From Candidatus Dormiibacterota bacterium (GTDB lineage Bacteria; Chloroflexota; Dormibacteria; Aeolococcales; Aeolococcaceae), in NCBI GenBank assembly GCA_963718525.1, contig OY970355.1, positions 2,848,001 to 2,912,000 on the forward strand: a DNA stretch of 64,000 nucleotides. Direction: 5' to 3'. Every line of letters starts with the position of its first letter. Positions within the stretch are counted from its first letter, which is position 1. A program made the translations under genes and the position numbers. Positions 9,012-18,860 of this stretch are shown piece after piece. The notes below the pieces were generated by a model. The model was not told the origin of the DNA and made no database searches. It saw only the letters and a list, made by a program, of their open reading frames with translations.

Positions 9012-11772
9012 CCTGTTCCTGCGCGTCGGCGGCCTCAAGCGCGCGCGCCAAGCCACCTCGAGCGCGGATGCCGAGCTTGCGGTACACGCGAGTCAGGTTG
9101 GCTTCCACGGCCTTGGTCGTGAGGAACGCCCGCTCGGCGATCTCGCGGTTGGCGAGTCCCGACGCAGCCAGCTCAGCGACGCGCGCCTCCGTTGGCGTCA
9201 GGGCGTCGATCAAGGACGCTCGGTGGCCGAGACGCTCGATGTCCTCGCGCGTCCGAGCCGCCCAGACCGGCATGCCCAGCCGATCGAACACGGCGAGCGC
9301 TTCGTGGAGCGTTGCCTTGGCGCGTGCACGCTGTCCGCTTCGGCGTTGCACGCGACCCAGCGCGAGGAGCGTGCGGCCCCGTTCGGAGGGGATGCCCAGT
9401 CGCCCGTGCTCCTCCAGTGCGCCGCGGAGTGTTGCCAGAGCGCCGTCACGGTCGCCGCGCGCTGCCTGCAACAGCCCGCGACAGCGTCCCGCCGTGGCGA
9501 GAGCCCACGAGCGGTCCAGATCGATGCCCCTCCGCTGCAGCCACGCGGTCAACGTCTCGGCGCGGTCGAGCAGCCCGAGCTCGATGAGCGCCTCGATCTG
9601 ATCGGGCACGAAGACGCTCAGCACCGGGTCGAGTGCGTTCATGCTCGGGATCAGATCGGCCATCGGCCCCAGCGCAGCATCAACAGCCGCAGGATTCCCG
9701 GTGGACAGCTCCACGATTCCCAGGGCCCACAGCGGCCAGATCGTTCCCGACGGCCAGTCGATGGCCTGGAAGCGGCCCACTGCCTCCATCGCCTCCTGAC
9801 GGGCGAGGTCGGTGGATCCGTCATGAGCGTGCACAAGCGCGGCGGCCGACAGCGCCGCCCCGTACGATGCCGGGTCGTCGAGCAGAGCGGCGGCCTGGGT
9901 TCCCTCGGCCGCGTATCGGGCAGCGGCGGCGAGATCGCCCTGCCACACGCAGGTCCACGTCAAGTACAGGCACAGGAACGCTATCGGGCTCTCCTCGCCG
10001 CGCTCCAGGGTCTCGGTGTGGAGCTGGTTGAGAGCGGCTCGTGCCTCATCGAGCCTGCCTGTCCACAACGACAGGAGCCCATGGAGGAACGTCGGGCGGC
10101 ACTGCCACGTCCTCACGCGGTAGGGGTCCTCGAGCTCTCGAGCCCTCCGGAGGCGGGGCTCGTTGAGACCTTCGCCGCACAGAAACTCCGTCATGCTGAG
10201 CACGCCGAGCGCATCGGCAAGCGCTCCAGGGACCGACTCCCCCTCGGTGCCGGCAACCGCCCTCTTCGCGTATCGCACGGCGCCGGCGAAGTCGCCCAGG
10301 CTCACCAGGTAGTAGGTGAGATCCAGTTCGATCCCCGCCTCCAGCTCCTGATCACCTGCTGACAGCTCCAGCGCCTGCAGCGCAACCTCGAGAGCCAGGG
10401 TGAACGAGCTGCGCCGCGCGTGCAGCTGGCCCAGCAGTTGCAGCGCCTCGGCACGGAGGATCCCATCCAGAGGTTCCTGCAGGGTCTCCTGGAGGATCCC
10501 GTCGGAGCGGACGAGATCGCCTGCGTCGAACCAGCGCCTGGAGGCCGCGACGCGCCGCGCGTATCGGTGGCCGGCCTGCGTCGCCGGCGTGAGGCGCACT
10601 GCGAGCTCGAGCAGCTCCGCCGCCGTGTCAGGAGCGCCGCGTGATCCGGCGAGCTTCGCCGCCGCCTCAAGCTCTGCGGCGATCAGCTCATCCGGTTCGC
10701 CGGCGCCGAGGGCCGCATGGCGCGCGCGCTCCTCAGGCTGCGCGACGACTCCGGCCAGCTCGCGGTGCAGCCGGCGTCGCTGCGGCGCATCTGCCTGCTC
10801 ATACACCACTGATGCGAAGAGCGGGTGGGTGAAGCGAACCCGGCTCTGCTCGACCGACACCAGACCCGCGCGTTCAGCCGGGGCAAGTGCAGCAGCGTCG
10901 ACGAGGTCGGTGGAGGGCTGTGTCAGCGCCGCCGCGATGAGCAGCGCATGCCGGCTCGCAGGGGGCAGCCGCCCCAGCCTGGCCGCGACAAGATCGGTGA
11001 GGGTTGAAGGCACCGGCAGGGTACGGTCATCGATGGGGCGGCCGATCAGCTCCGCTGCAATTTCCAGCGCGTAGAGCGCATTGCCGCCGGTGGCGCGCTC
11101 GATCTGCACGAGCGCATGCCGCGGCAGCGACTGGTGGGTCCGCTGCTTGATGACCTGGTGCAACGCGGCGAGCGTGAGCGGGCCGACCTTGATCGTGCGG
11201 CGGCGATCCGGGTCGGCGGCGCGATCGACGCGGAGCGGCCGCGTCGTGCCGGTCCGGACAGTCAACACAAATGCAACGGACTCGCCGTGCAGTCGCCGCG
11301 CCGCGAATATCAAGGCGCGCGCCGACGGCGGGTCGAGCCAGTGGGCATCGTCCACAGCGACGACCAGCGGACGTTCCGCAGCCAGCAACCGGAGCACCGA
11401 CAGCACCGCGGCGCACAGGGCGAGCTCGTCGATGCCCCGAGGCGGAGCCGGGGCGCGAAGCAGGGCCGCGGCGATGGCCTCCCGTTGTGGAATCGGCAGC
11501 CGGTCGATCATCGAGTTGTCGACCCCGTCGAACAGATCAGCGAGGGCCGCGAACGACAGCGTCGCCTCTGATTCGCTCGGCCGGGTCACGATCACGCGTG
11601 CTCCCCGGGCGCCGGCCTGACGCAGTGCCTCCCACCACAACGTGGTCTTGCCGATGCCCGCCTCGCCCTCCAGGGTGAGCTGGGTGAACTCCCCTCCCAA
11701 GGCGCTGAGGAAGTTCGCAATCGCCAGCCGTTCCTGGTCCCGGCCGATCACCCCGCCCACCGCATCTCCCAT
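9007..11772 (-). CDS. LAL-family regulator (AAA ATPase, TPR-like region, LuxR HTH)
   Basis: IGRDQE, GEAGIGKTT, VDDAHWLD, TGGNALYALE; C-terminal LTPTEARVAELAASGLANREIA...VYRKLG. Confidence 0.95.
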   Translation of the reverse strand: MGDAVGGVIGRDQERLAIANFLSALGGEFTQLTLEGEAGIGKTTLWWEALRQAGARGARVIVTRPSESEATLSFAALADLFDGVDNSMIDRLPIPQREAIAAALLRAPAPPRGIDELALCAAVLSVLRLLAAERPLVVAVDDAHWLDPPSARALIFAARRLHGESVAFVLTVRTGTTRPLRVDRAADPDRRRTIKVGPLTLAALHQVIKQRTHQSLPRHALVQIERATGGNALYALEIAAELIGRPIDDRTLPVPSTLTDLVAARLGRLPPASRHALLIAAALTQPSTDLVDAAALAPAERAGLVSVEQSRVRFTHPLFASVVYEQADAPQRRRLHRELAGVVAQPEERARHAALGAGEPDELIAAELEAAAKLAGSRGAPDTAAELLELAVRLTPATQAGHRYARRVAASRRWFDAGDLVRSDGILQETLQEPLDGILRAEALQLLGQLHARRSSFTLALEVALQALELSAGDQELEAGIELDLTYYLVSLGDFAGAVRYAKRAVAGTEGESVPGALADALGVLSMTEFLCGEGLNEPRLRRARELEDPYRVRTWQCRPTFLHGLLSLWTGRLDEARAALNQLHTETLERGEESPIAFLCLYLTWTCVWQGDLAAAARYAAEGTQAAALLDDPASYGAALSAAALVHAHDGSTDLARQEAMEAVGRFQAIDWPSGTIWPLWALGIVELSTGNPAAVDAALGPMADLIPSMNALDPVLSVFVPDQIEALIELGLLDRAETLTAWLQRRGIDLDRSWALATAGRCRGLLQAARGDRDGALATLRGALEEHGRLGIPSERGRTLLALGRVQRRSGQRARAKATLHEALAVFDRLGMPVWAARTREDIERLGHRASLIDALTPTEARVAELAASGLANREIAERAFLTTKAVEANLTRVYRKLGIRARGGLARALEAADAQEQA

Positions 11773-11837
11773 GCGCCCGATGATGGATCTCAACCGGCAT
11801 CCCCTGCAGGTTCACCGAGGTGGCGGCGAGCTGATCC

Positions 11838-11855
11838 CTCCTCCTCAAGGATGAC
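11838..11855. promoter_or_regulatory. Putative NarL-type response-regulator site
   Basis: Imperfect 8-2-8 dyad CTCCTCCT-CA-AGGATGAC upstream of the kinase. Confidence 0.5.
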
Positions 11856-11894
11856 GCGGCCGCCGTGGCGCTCGGCTACGCTCGGGCCACCTCC

Positions 11895-13043
11895 ATGATT
11901 GCCGAGTCGTTCAAGCGTTTCAACGGGCTGCATCCAGCCGTCCCAGACGGGGTCATCGCGATTCTGCTGATGGCGATCGCGGACGTCGCCGCCTACCAGG
12001 ACAGCGGGAGGCTAAGCGTCGCGCAGGTGGTGATGATCGCGCTCATCACGCTGCCGGTGGCGGTTCGGCGATCGTTCCCGACTGCCGTCGTGGTGCTGGT
12101 CGGCGGCGCCCTGATATTGAACTTGCTGCTCGGTCACACCAATTCATTCATCGAGAACTTCGCGATCCTGCTGGCGCTGTACACGTACTACGCGTCGGTA
12201 CCCGCAGGATGGCGGATCGGGGTCATGACCGTCGTGTTGATACTCGGGGTGATCGCCGGCATCGCGCTGGGCTGGCGCATTCAGCACCGGGTCTACGTGT
12301 CCGATATCGGCTACAACGCCATCATCTTTGCTCTCCCCGTCATCCTCGGATTCGGCGTCCGCACGCGGCGTGCATACATTGCCCAACTCCATGAACGGGC
12401 GACGCTCCTCGCGCGCGAAGCTGCGGTGGCCGAACGCACCGCCATCGCTCGAGAGCTGCATGACGTGGTCGCCCACAGTCTGAGCGTGATGGTGCTGCAG
12501 GCCACGGCGGCCCGGCGGCTGGCCCGACGCGATCCCGGCAGCGCCGCGGCCACGTTCGACGTCATCGAGCAGACTGGGCGTGATGCTCTCGGAGATCTCC
12601 GGCGCGCCATCAGTGTGCTCAAAACCGACTCCCTTGAAGCCGCGTCGCTTGCACCACAGCCGAGCCTGCTCCAGCTGGACGCTCTGATCGACCAGGTTCG
12701 CCAAGCAGGTGTCTCCGTCCACTTCAGCGTCGAAGGGACGAAGCGGCCGCTCGCCCCGGGTGTGGAGCTCTCCGCGTATCGCATCGTGCAGGAGTCCCTG
12801 ACCAATGTGCTGAGACATTCGGGCGCGAGCGACGCAGTGGTCGCGATCACGTATGGGTTCGACGATCTGATTGTCGAAGTGACCGATGACGGGCGCAACG
12901 GCGCGGCTCCATCGGGCGGCGGCAGCGGCCTCGTCGGCATGCGGGAGCGAGTGGCGCTGTTGCATGGCGACTTTCGTGCGGGTCCGACCGCCAAAGGGTT
13001 CAGCGTTTCGGCCCGCTTACCGCTCGATCCGCTCCCGGCATGA
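11895..13043 (+). CDS. HisKA_3 membrane sensor histidine kinase
   Basis: TM N-terminus, ERTAIARELHDVVAH, AYRIVQESLTNVLRH, GSGLVGMRERV. Confidence 0.95.
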   Translation: MIAESFKRFNGLHPAVPDGVIAILLMAIADVAAYQDSGRLSVAQVVMIALITLPVAVRRSFPTAVVVLVGGALILNLLLGHTNSFIENFAILLALYTYYASVPAGWRIGVMTVVLILGVIAGIALGWRIQHRVYVSDIGYNAIIFALPVILGFGVRTRRAYIAQLHERATLLAREAAVAERTAIARELHDVVAHSLSVMVLQATAARRLARRDPGSAAATFDVIEQTGRDALGDLRRAISVLKTDSLEAASLAPQPSLLQLDALIDQVRQAGVSVHFSVEGTKRPLAPGVELSAYRIVQESLTNVLRHSGASDAVVAITYGFDDLIVEVTDDGRNGAAPSGGGSGLVGMRERVALLHGDFRAGPTAKGFSVSARLPLDPLPA

Positions 13044-13693
13044 TCCGTGTGCTGCTGGTCGACGACCAGCCCCTGGTGCGTGCGGGGCTGCGGACGCTTC
13101 TTGAGGATGAATCAGATATCGAGGTGGTGGGTGAAGCTGCCGATGGCGACGAGGCGGTCGCACTCGTCGGTGCACTGACCCCGGACGTCGTGCTGATGGA
13201 TATTCGCATGCCCGTCGTTGATGGGATCGAGGCAACCAAGCGCATCACGGCGCAAGGGTCCGTCGCGCGAATCGTGATTCTGACGACCTTTGATCTCGAT
13301 GAGTACGTCTTCAGCGCGCTGCGCGCCGGGGCGTCCGGGTTCATGCTCAAGGACGCCACTGCAGAGGAGATCGTCCGCTCGATACGCGTCGCACGATCGG
13401 GCGACGCGTTGCTCGCACCGTCGGTGACACGTCGATTGATCGAGCGCTTCAGCGGGCATCTGCCGAAGGTGGAGGGCCGGCAGCTGCGGTCGCTCACCGA
13501 GCGAGAACGTGAAGTGCTGCTGCTCGTGGCTCGTGGCATGAGCAACACCGAGATCGCACGACGTCTCTTTCTTGGTGAGACGACCGTGAAGACGCACGTG
13601 GCGCACATGCTGGACAAGCTTGATCTGCGCGACCGTGTCCAAGCTGTCGTTCTTGCGTACGAATCGGGGTTGATCGAGCCAGGGCTGAGCTAA
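13040..13693 (+). CDS. NarL/LuxR-family response regulator
   Basis: VLLVDDQ, VVLMDIRMP, LTTFD, GFMLKD, LTEREREVL HTH; ATGA overlap with the kinase. Confidence 0.96.
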   Translation: MIRVLLVDDQPLVRAGLRTLLEDESDIEVVGEAADGDEAVALVGALTPDVVLMDIRMPVVDGIEATKRITAQGSVARIVILTTFDLDEYVFSALRAGASGFMLKDATAEEIVRSIRVARSGDALLAPSVTRRLIERFSGHLPKVEGRQLRSLTEREREVLLLVARGMSNTEIARRLFLGETTVKTHVAHMLDKLDLRDRVQAVVLAYESGLIEPGLS

Positions 13694-13702
13694 ACACTCG
13701 AT

Positions 13703-13743
13703 CTCATCCGAGCGATCGAGTTGCAATCAGCATCGCGAATGAC
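13703..13743. promoter_or_regulatory. Two putative NarL-type sites upstream of the glycosyltransferase
   Basis: CTCATCCG-AG-CGATCGAG and ATCAGCAT-CG-CGAATGAC resemble the 11838 dyad. Confidence 0.45.
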
Positions 13744-13748
13744 GCTCG

Positions 13749-15383
13749 ATGAGCGGCCGCCGCCGGACGATGTGCGCACCGGAGTCGCCGGCAATCGGCA
13801 TCAAGGAGCGTCGTGATGAGGGCGAGCAGCGGATTGCGACCGGCATCGTGATTGCCCCCGCTTCACTCAGCGCGCCGGCGTCCGGGTCGGCCGGCGCAAT
13901 CACAGATCCAACCGGGACTACTCGGTCACGATGCACGTCCGAGCGGTCGAGCGTCGTTCTGCTGGCCCTGTCCGTCCTCGCCCTCCACCTGGCCACCAAT
14001 GGGCTGTATGGCTACCATCGCGACGAGCTCTACTACCTGGACAGCGCGCGCCACCTGACGTGGGGATTCGTCGACTATCCGCCGATCACGCCGGCCATTG
14101 CTCGGTTGAGCGAGGTGCTTTTCGGTAACAGCGTCTGGGGCCTTCGTCTGTGGCCGAGCCTCGCCGGCTCGGCGATGATCATCTTGAGTGCGCAGATTGC
14201 CCGCGAACTCGGCGGCGGCCGGACCGCGCGCCTCCTCGCCGCGTTCAGCGCTGCCGCCAGCCCAGTGTTGCTCGGCTCCAACTGGCTCTTCGAGACGGTG
14301 ACCTTCGATCAGCTCGCGTGGCTGGTGTGCTTCTGGCTCACGGCGAGGATTGTGAGGACCGGGGATCGGCGCCTCTGGGTGGCTCTCGGAGCGTGCGTTG
14401 GGGCTGGACTCGAGACGAAGTACACGATCCTCGCTCTCGTCGGTGGCCTGATCGCCGCCATTGCACTCACCCCGCTGCGCCGGCATCTGCGCAGTCCGCA
14501 GCCCTGGGTCGGTCTGGCCGTGGCCTTGTTGATTGTCTGTCCGAATGTGATCTGGCAGGCGGCGCATGGCTGGCCGTCGGTTGACTACACGGTGAGCCAC
14601 CACGCTGCCCAGGCCGGTGACTTCGGGCCGCTGACATTTCTCACCAGTCAGCTCGCGCTGATCGGCCCTCTCGCGATCCCGGTTTGGCTGGGTGGCTGGT
14701 ACTGGCTGCTGTCTGGCAGGGGCCGTGCACTCGGCATCGCAGCGCTGGTGGTCTTCGCTGTCTTTCTGTTCGCCGGCAAGGGGTATTACATCGGCCCGCT
14801 GCATCCCCTCCTGATGGCCGCTGGGATGTGCGGCATCGAGGCTTGGACACGACGGCGCGTTTCCTGGCTTCGATCGACGGCGATCATCGCCCTTCTGCTT
14901 CAGGCGGCCGTGCTCCTGCCGATTGCGATGCCGGTGATCCCCGAACCGCTGATGGCACGCTCCGTTCTGCCGTCGATCCGCACGGATTTTGCGGACACCG
15001 TGGGCTGGCCGGACCTGGTTGCGGAGATCGACGCCGTCTACCGTCGGATGCCTGCGCTCGCTCGATCCCCGATGATCCTGACGGGCAACTACGGCGAAGC
15101 CGGTGCAGTCAACACCTATGGACCGTCGCTCGGGCTTCCGATCGCCGTATCAGGCGAGCTCAGCTACTACTACTGGAGGCCCGCACGCGTCAGCGGCTCC
15201 GTCATCGCCGTGGGCCTCGGCGCAGCATTCCTCTCAACTCTGTTCGACGGTTGTTCGACGGTCGGCATGGTGTCCAACCAATTTGGGTTGCACAACCAGG
15301 AGTCCGGAGCGCCAATCGTGGTCTGCGCTCGGCCACGTGTCACAGTCGACAAGCTCTGGACTGCCCTGAAGTCCTTTCAGTGA
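13749..15383 (+). CDS. GT-C fold glycosyltransferase (GT39/ArnT-like); true start probably downstream
   Basis: YGYHRDELYY, WGFVDYPP, GLETKYT, many TMs, NYGEAGA periplasmic tail. Confidence 0.9.
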   Translation: MSGRRRTMCAPESPAIGIKERRDEGEQRIATGIVIAPASLSAPASGSAGAITDPTGTTRSRCTSERSSVVLLALSVLALHLATNGLYGYHRDELYYLDSARHLTWGFVDYPPITPAIARLSEVLFGNSVWGLRLWPSLAGSAMIILSAQIARELGGGRTARLLAAFSAAASPVLLGSNWLFETVTFDQLAWLVCFWLTARIVRTGDRRLWVALGACVGAGLETKYTILALVGGLIAAIALTPLRRHLRSPQPWVGLAVALLIVCPNVIWQAAHGWPSVDYTVSHHAAQAGDFGPLTFLTSQLALIGPLAIPVWLGGWYWLLSGRGRALGIAALVVFAVFLFAGKGYYIGPLHPLLMAAGMCGIEAWTRRRVSWLRSTAIIALLLQAAVLLPIAMPVIPEPLMARSVLPSIRTDFADTVGWPDLVAEIDAVYRRMPALARSPMILTGNYGEAGAVNTYGPSLGLPIAVSGELSYYYWRPARVSGSVIAVGLGAAFLSTLFDGCSTVGMVSNQFGLHNQESGAPIVVCARPRVTVDKLWTALKSFQ

Positions 15384-15404
15384 CGAAGCTGCGGCGACGT
15401 CTCG

Positions 15405-16442
15405 TCAGGCACTTGCCGGCGCCCGCCACAGGTCGATGCCGCTTTCGACCGCGTGTTGATCGATTTCGGCGAGCTCGTGAGGAGAGAAGTCGAGGTGGCC
15501 GAGCGCCGCGACGTTCTGCTCCAGCTGGCTGACGCTGCTCGCGCCGATGAGCACCGAGGTGACGCGCGAATCCCGGAGTGCCCAGGCAAGCGCCATCTGG
15601 GCAAGGCTCTGGCCGCGCCGTTCGGCGACGGCGTTCAGAGCGCGCACATGGCTGAGGTTGGCTTCGCTGAGCATGCCCTCGGTGAGTGTGCCGTTCTGCT
15701 GAGCGCGCGAGCCCTCGGGTATGCCGTTGAGATACCGGTCGGTGAGCATCCCCTGGGCCAGGGGTGAGAAGGCAATGCAGCCCACCCCCTCAGCGCCGAG
15801 CACGTCGAGCAGCCCCTTTTCGATCCACCGGTTCAGCATCGAGTACGACGGCTGATGGATGAGCAACGGGGTGCCGAGCCGGCGCCCGATGGCAATCGCC
15901 TCAGACGTCCGCTGGGCCGAGTACGAGGAGATGCCGGCGTACAGCGCCTTCCCCTGCTGGACGGCGGTGTGCAGCGCGCCGAGGGTCTCCTCGAGCGGGG
16001 TGTTGGGATCGAATCGGTGGTGATAGAAGATGTCGACGTAGTCGACGCCCATGCGTCGCAGGCTCTGATCCAGGCTCGCGAGCAGATACTTGCGCGAACC
16101 CAGGTCGCCGTACGGTCCCGGCCACATATCCCATCCGGCCTTGGTCGAGATCACGAGCTCATCGCGGTAGCCACGAAAGTCGGTGCTCAAGATGCGGCCG
16201 AAGTTGGATTCAGCACTGCCATATGGCGGGCCGTAATTGTTCGCAAGGTCGAAATGCGTGATGCCGAGGTCGAACGCCCTGCGGAGGATTGCGCGCTGCG
16301 TGTCGAGTGGCCGGACCTCGCCGAAGTTCTGCCACAGGCCGAGCGATATCGCTGGGAGCAGGAGGCCGCTGCGCCCGCAGCGGCGGTAGGTCATCGCAGC
16401 GTATCGGTCAGGCGCCGGACGGTAGCCGCTGTCGTCGCTCAC
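15405..16442 (-). CDS. mgrA: Aldo-keto reductase, L-glyceraldehyde 3-phosphate reductase type
   Basis: YRRCGRSGLLLPAISLGLWQNFG, THFDLANNYGPP, STKAG, IHQPSYSM. Confidence 0.93.
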   Translation of the reverse strand: MSDDSGYRPAPDRYAAMTYRRCGRSGLLLPAISLGLWQNFGEVRPLDTQRAILRRAFDLGITHFDLANNYGPPYGSAESNFGRILSTDFRGYRDELVISTKAGWDMWPGPYGDLGSRKYLLASLDQSLRRMGVDYVDIFYHHRFDPNTPLEETLGALHTAVQQGKALYAGISSYSAQRTSEAIAIGRRLGTPLLIHQPSYSMLNRWIEKGLLDVLGAEGVGCIAFSPLAQGMLTDRYLNGIPEGSRAQQNGTLTEGMLSEANLSHVRALNAVAERRGQSLAQMALAWALRDSRVTSVLIGASSVSQLEQNVAALGHLDFSPHELAEIDQHAVESGIDLWRAPASA

Positions 16443-16653
16443 GGCCGAGATTCTGGCCGATTCGCGATCGTCTCGGCAGAAAACGCCGCCCGTGAGCGTG
16501 GCCAGGGGTGGTCGGGACGAGCCGTGACACTCCATCTAAGTCCGCGTGATAGGCCGCCTATTTCACCGGCGGAGATCCTCCTCCACACTGTTCCTTAATG
16601 GCTTTCTCATGTTCAGGAAGGCTCGCCACGGCGGGCGGCGGCCTCACGTACCC

Positions 16654-17430
16654 ATGGCCATCACCGACAGCGCGGACGGTTGGGACCCGCGAATCATCCG
16701 CTCTGCTGGTGGCGATCTGAGCACAACCGGCAATGTCCTCGGATCCACAGGTGAGAACCGAATTCTCACCTTGCTTCCCCTCGCCGAACGTGGGCCTCTG
16801 CTGGAGGCGGCGACCAGCGTCACATTCCAGGTGAAGGCGGTCCTGTTCGAGCCGGGAGATCCGATCGGTGCCATCTACTTCCCGACAGACGGTGTCATTT
16901 CCCTGGTCACGCCGCTGCATGGCGGCGCGATCGTCGAGGTGGCAACCATCGGCAACGAGGGAATCGTGGGGGTGCCCCTGGCGCCGGTCGGCGGCCTCGC
17001 GGTGCGCGCCATCACCCAGGTCGCAGGGCACGGTCTTCGATTGGAGACGCCCGTCTTCCTCGAATGGTTCGAGCGCAGCAACGCGTTTCGGACGCTGGTC
17101 GATCGGTATACGCAAGCATTGTTCGGCCAGATCGCGCAGGCTGCCGCCTGCAACCGCCTGCACTCGAGCGAGGAGCGCCTCAGCCGCTGGCTCTTGATGA
17201 GCCAGGATCGCGTCGGGTCGAGCCAGTTCATGATCACCCAGGAATTCCTCGGACAGATGCTCGGCGCCCGGCGCTCGACGGTTTCCGTTTCTGCAGGCAT
17301 CCTGCAGCGCGCCGGCCTCATCAGATACTCCCGGGGACATGTGACGATCCTCGACCGCAAGGCGCTCGAGGCGGTGTCCTGCGAGTGCTACGCCGTGATC
17401 AAGGCGGAACTGGACCGAGTGGCGGGCTGA
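16654..17430 (+). CDS. Crp/Fnr-family transcriptional regulator
   Basis: cNMP domain YFPTDGVISL...IGNEG; ACNRLH..EERLSRWLL; HTH TQEFLGQMLGARRSTVS. Confidence 0.92.
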   Translation: MAITDSADGWDPRIIRSAGGDLSTTGNVLGSTGENRILTLLPLAERGPLLEAATSVTFQVKAVLFEPGDPIGAIYFPTDGVISLVTPLHGGAIVEVATIGNEGIVGVPLAPVGGLAVRAITQVAGHGLRLETPVFLEWFERSNAFRTLVDRYTQALFGQIAQAAACNRLHSSEERLSRWLLMSQDRVGSSQFMITQEFLGQMLGARRSTVSVSAGILQRAGLIRYSRGHVTILDRKALEAVSCECYAVIKAELDRVAG

Positions 17431-17655
17431 ACGTCAAGCCCTGACAACTCGTCGCGCACCGTTCAGGCACGCACGAAATACGTTGCGCGGTTACACGCGG
17501 CGCGCAAGGAAACGCCATCCAACGGCGATCGCGCTTCGTTGCACCGACTGCGCCTGATGAGCACGTCGTTCGTGTAACGAGCGCGCGTATCGATAGTACG
17601 AACGCGGCGCAGCAGCCGGGCACATGGTGCGGTGGTAACCGCGGAGAACTGATTC

Positions 17656-18219
17656 ATGAAACAACGACTCCTCATCGTGAGTGGCACCGCAAGCCTCCTG
17701 ATGCTCGCCGCGTGCGGCTCCGCAACTGCGGGCACGACAACGCCAACCGCGCCATCAACTCAGACACCGACAGCGGTACCGACAGCGGCGGCAACTCCAA
17801 CGCCTGTCGCGACGCCGACACCGACCCCGGTGCGAGCAACACCTGCACCCGCAACCGGGACCGCCGCGATGCTGCGCACCGTCGGTGATCTTGGCCCCAT
17901 CCTTGCCGGACCTGGCGGCAAGACGCTGTACATCTTTCTTGCTGATACCGGAATGACATCCACGTGCACTGGTTCGTGCGCGCAGAACTGGCCACCACTG
18001 ACAACATCGGGACCGCCGCGCGCACTCGCCGGCATCTCACAGACCTTGCTCGGTACCACCCGGCGAGGTGATGGAACACTGCAGGTCACCTACCACGGAC
18101 ATCCGCTGTACTACTTCGTCGCGGACGCCGGCCCCGGAATCGCCAATGGCCAAGGGATCGACGCTTTCGGCGCGCATTGGGAGGTTGTCAACGCCGCTGG
18201 ACTTGCCGTGGTCAAGTGA
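17656..18219 (+). CDS. COG4315 lipoprotein with secreted Y-X4-D repeats
   Basis: Lipobox LAAC, Thr/Pro linker, GKTLYIFLAD..C..SCAQNWPP, QVTYHGHPLYYF. Confidence 0.9.
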   Translation: MKQRLLIVSGTASLLMLAACGSATAGTTTPTAPSTQTPTAVPTAAATPTPVATPTPTPVRATPAPATGTAAMLRTVGDLGPILAGPGGKTLYIFLADTGMTSTCTGSCAQNWPPLTTSGPPRALAGISQTLLGTTRRGDGTLQVTYHGHPLYYFVADAGPGIANGQGIDAFGAHWEVVNAAGLAVVK

Positions 18220-18284
18220 GCGAGGCCGTCGGTACGGGAGTGCGACCATCGGCGGTTCGCATGGCCCTTGAGCCGGGAGGCTGT

Positions 18285-18860
18285 TCAGCCCCCGCGCCGT
18301 CCCCACGTTGCGAACGCGGTCGTCAGTCCGGAGACGAGGCGCTCAAAGCTGCGGTCGGTGTCGACGGGTAAGCCGAAAGCCCCTCCCGCCTCCAGCGTCA
18401 CGAACCCGTGGAGTGCCGCCCGCAGCGCGCGGATGGCGTCGACAGCGTCGTCATCATGCAACCCGTACCCCGCCATGACATCAAAGGCGACGCCGACAGC
18501 ATTGGCGCTCGCCAGCTCGTCATCGACATCTCCTTGCGCCGCGGCCCGTTGCACAGTCGCATAGCGACCCGGGTGCTCGATTGCCCAACCACGGTACGCC
18601 CGCGCCATCGCCGCCACAGCATCGTCGCGCGAACGGCCGACAGTCGCGCGCCCGAGCACGCCGGCAAGTTCGTTCTTGGCGCGGATCGAGATGCTGCGTT
18701 GCAGTCCCTCGGTCCCGGCGATGTGCTTGTACAGCGACGGCAGGCGAACTCCGAGACGCTCCGCCAGCGCAGCAAGAGTCAGGCTCGACAACCCAGCTTC
18801 GTCGGCAAAGCGCTCGCCCTCCTCGACCACCCGGGCCTCGGAAAGCCCCGCTCTAGGCAC
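18285..18860 (-). CDS. TetR-family regulator with WHG-like C-terminal domain
   Basis: LAERLGVRLPSLYKH HTH; RAALHGFVTLE. Confidence 0.92.
   Translation of the reverse strand: MPRAGLSEARVVEEGERFADEAGLSSLTLAALAERLGVRLPSLYKHIAGTEGLQRSISIRAKNELAGVLGRATVGRSRDDAVAAMARAYRGWAIEHPGRYATVQRAAAQGDVDDELASANAVGVAFDVMAGYGLHDDDAVDAIRALRAALHGFVTLEAGGAFGLPVDTDRSFERLVSGLTTAFATWGRRGG

Noticed and set aside
8842-10362. 506-aa + strand ORF and similar long ORFs (e.g. 47239-48456, 53095-54276, 58144-59196, 31952-33055)
   Set aside because: Antisense or off-frame shadows of well-supported genes, expected at high GC; no motifs
17730-17870. Short repeats here and at about 37820-37930
   Set aside because: They encode Thr/Pro/Ala lipoprotein linkers; not CRISPR or VNTR
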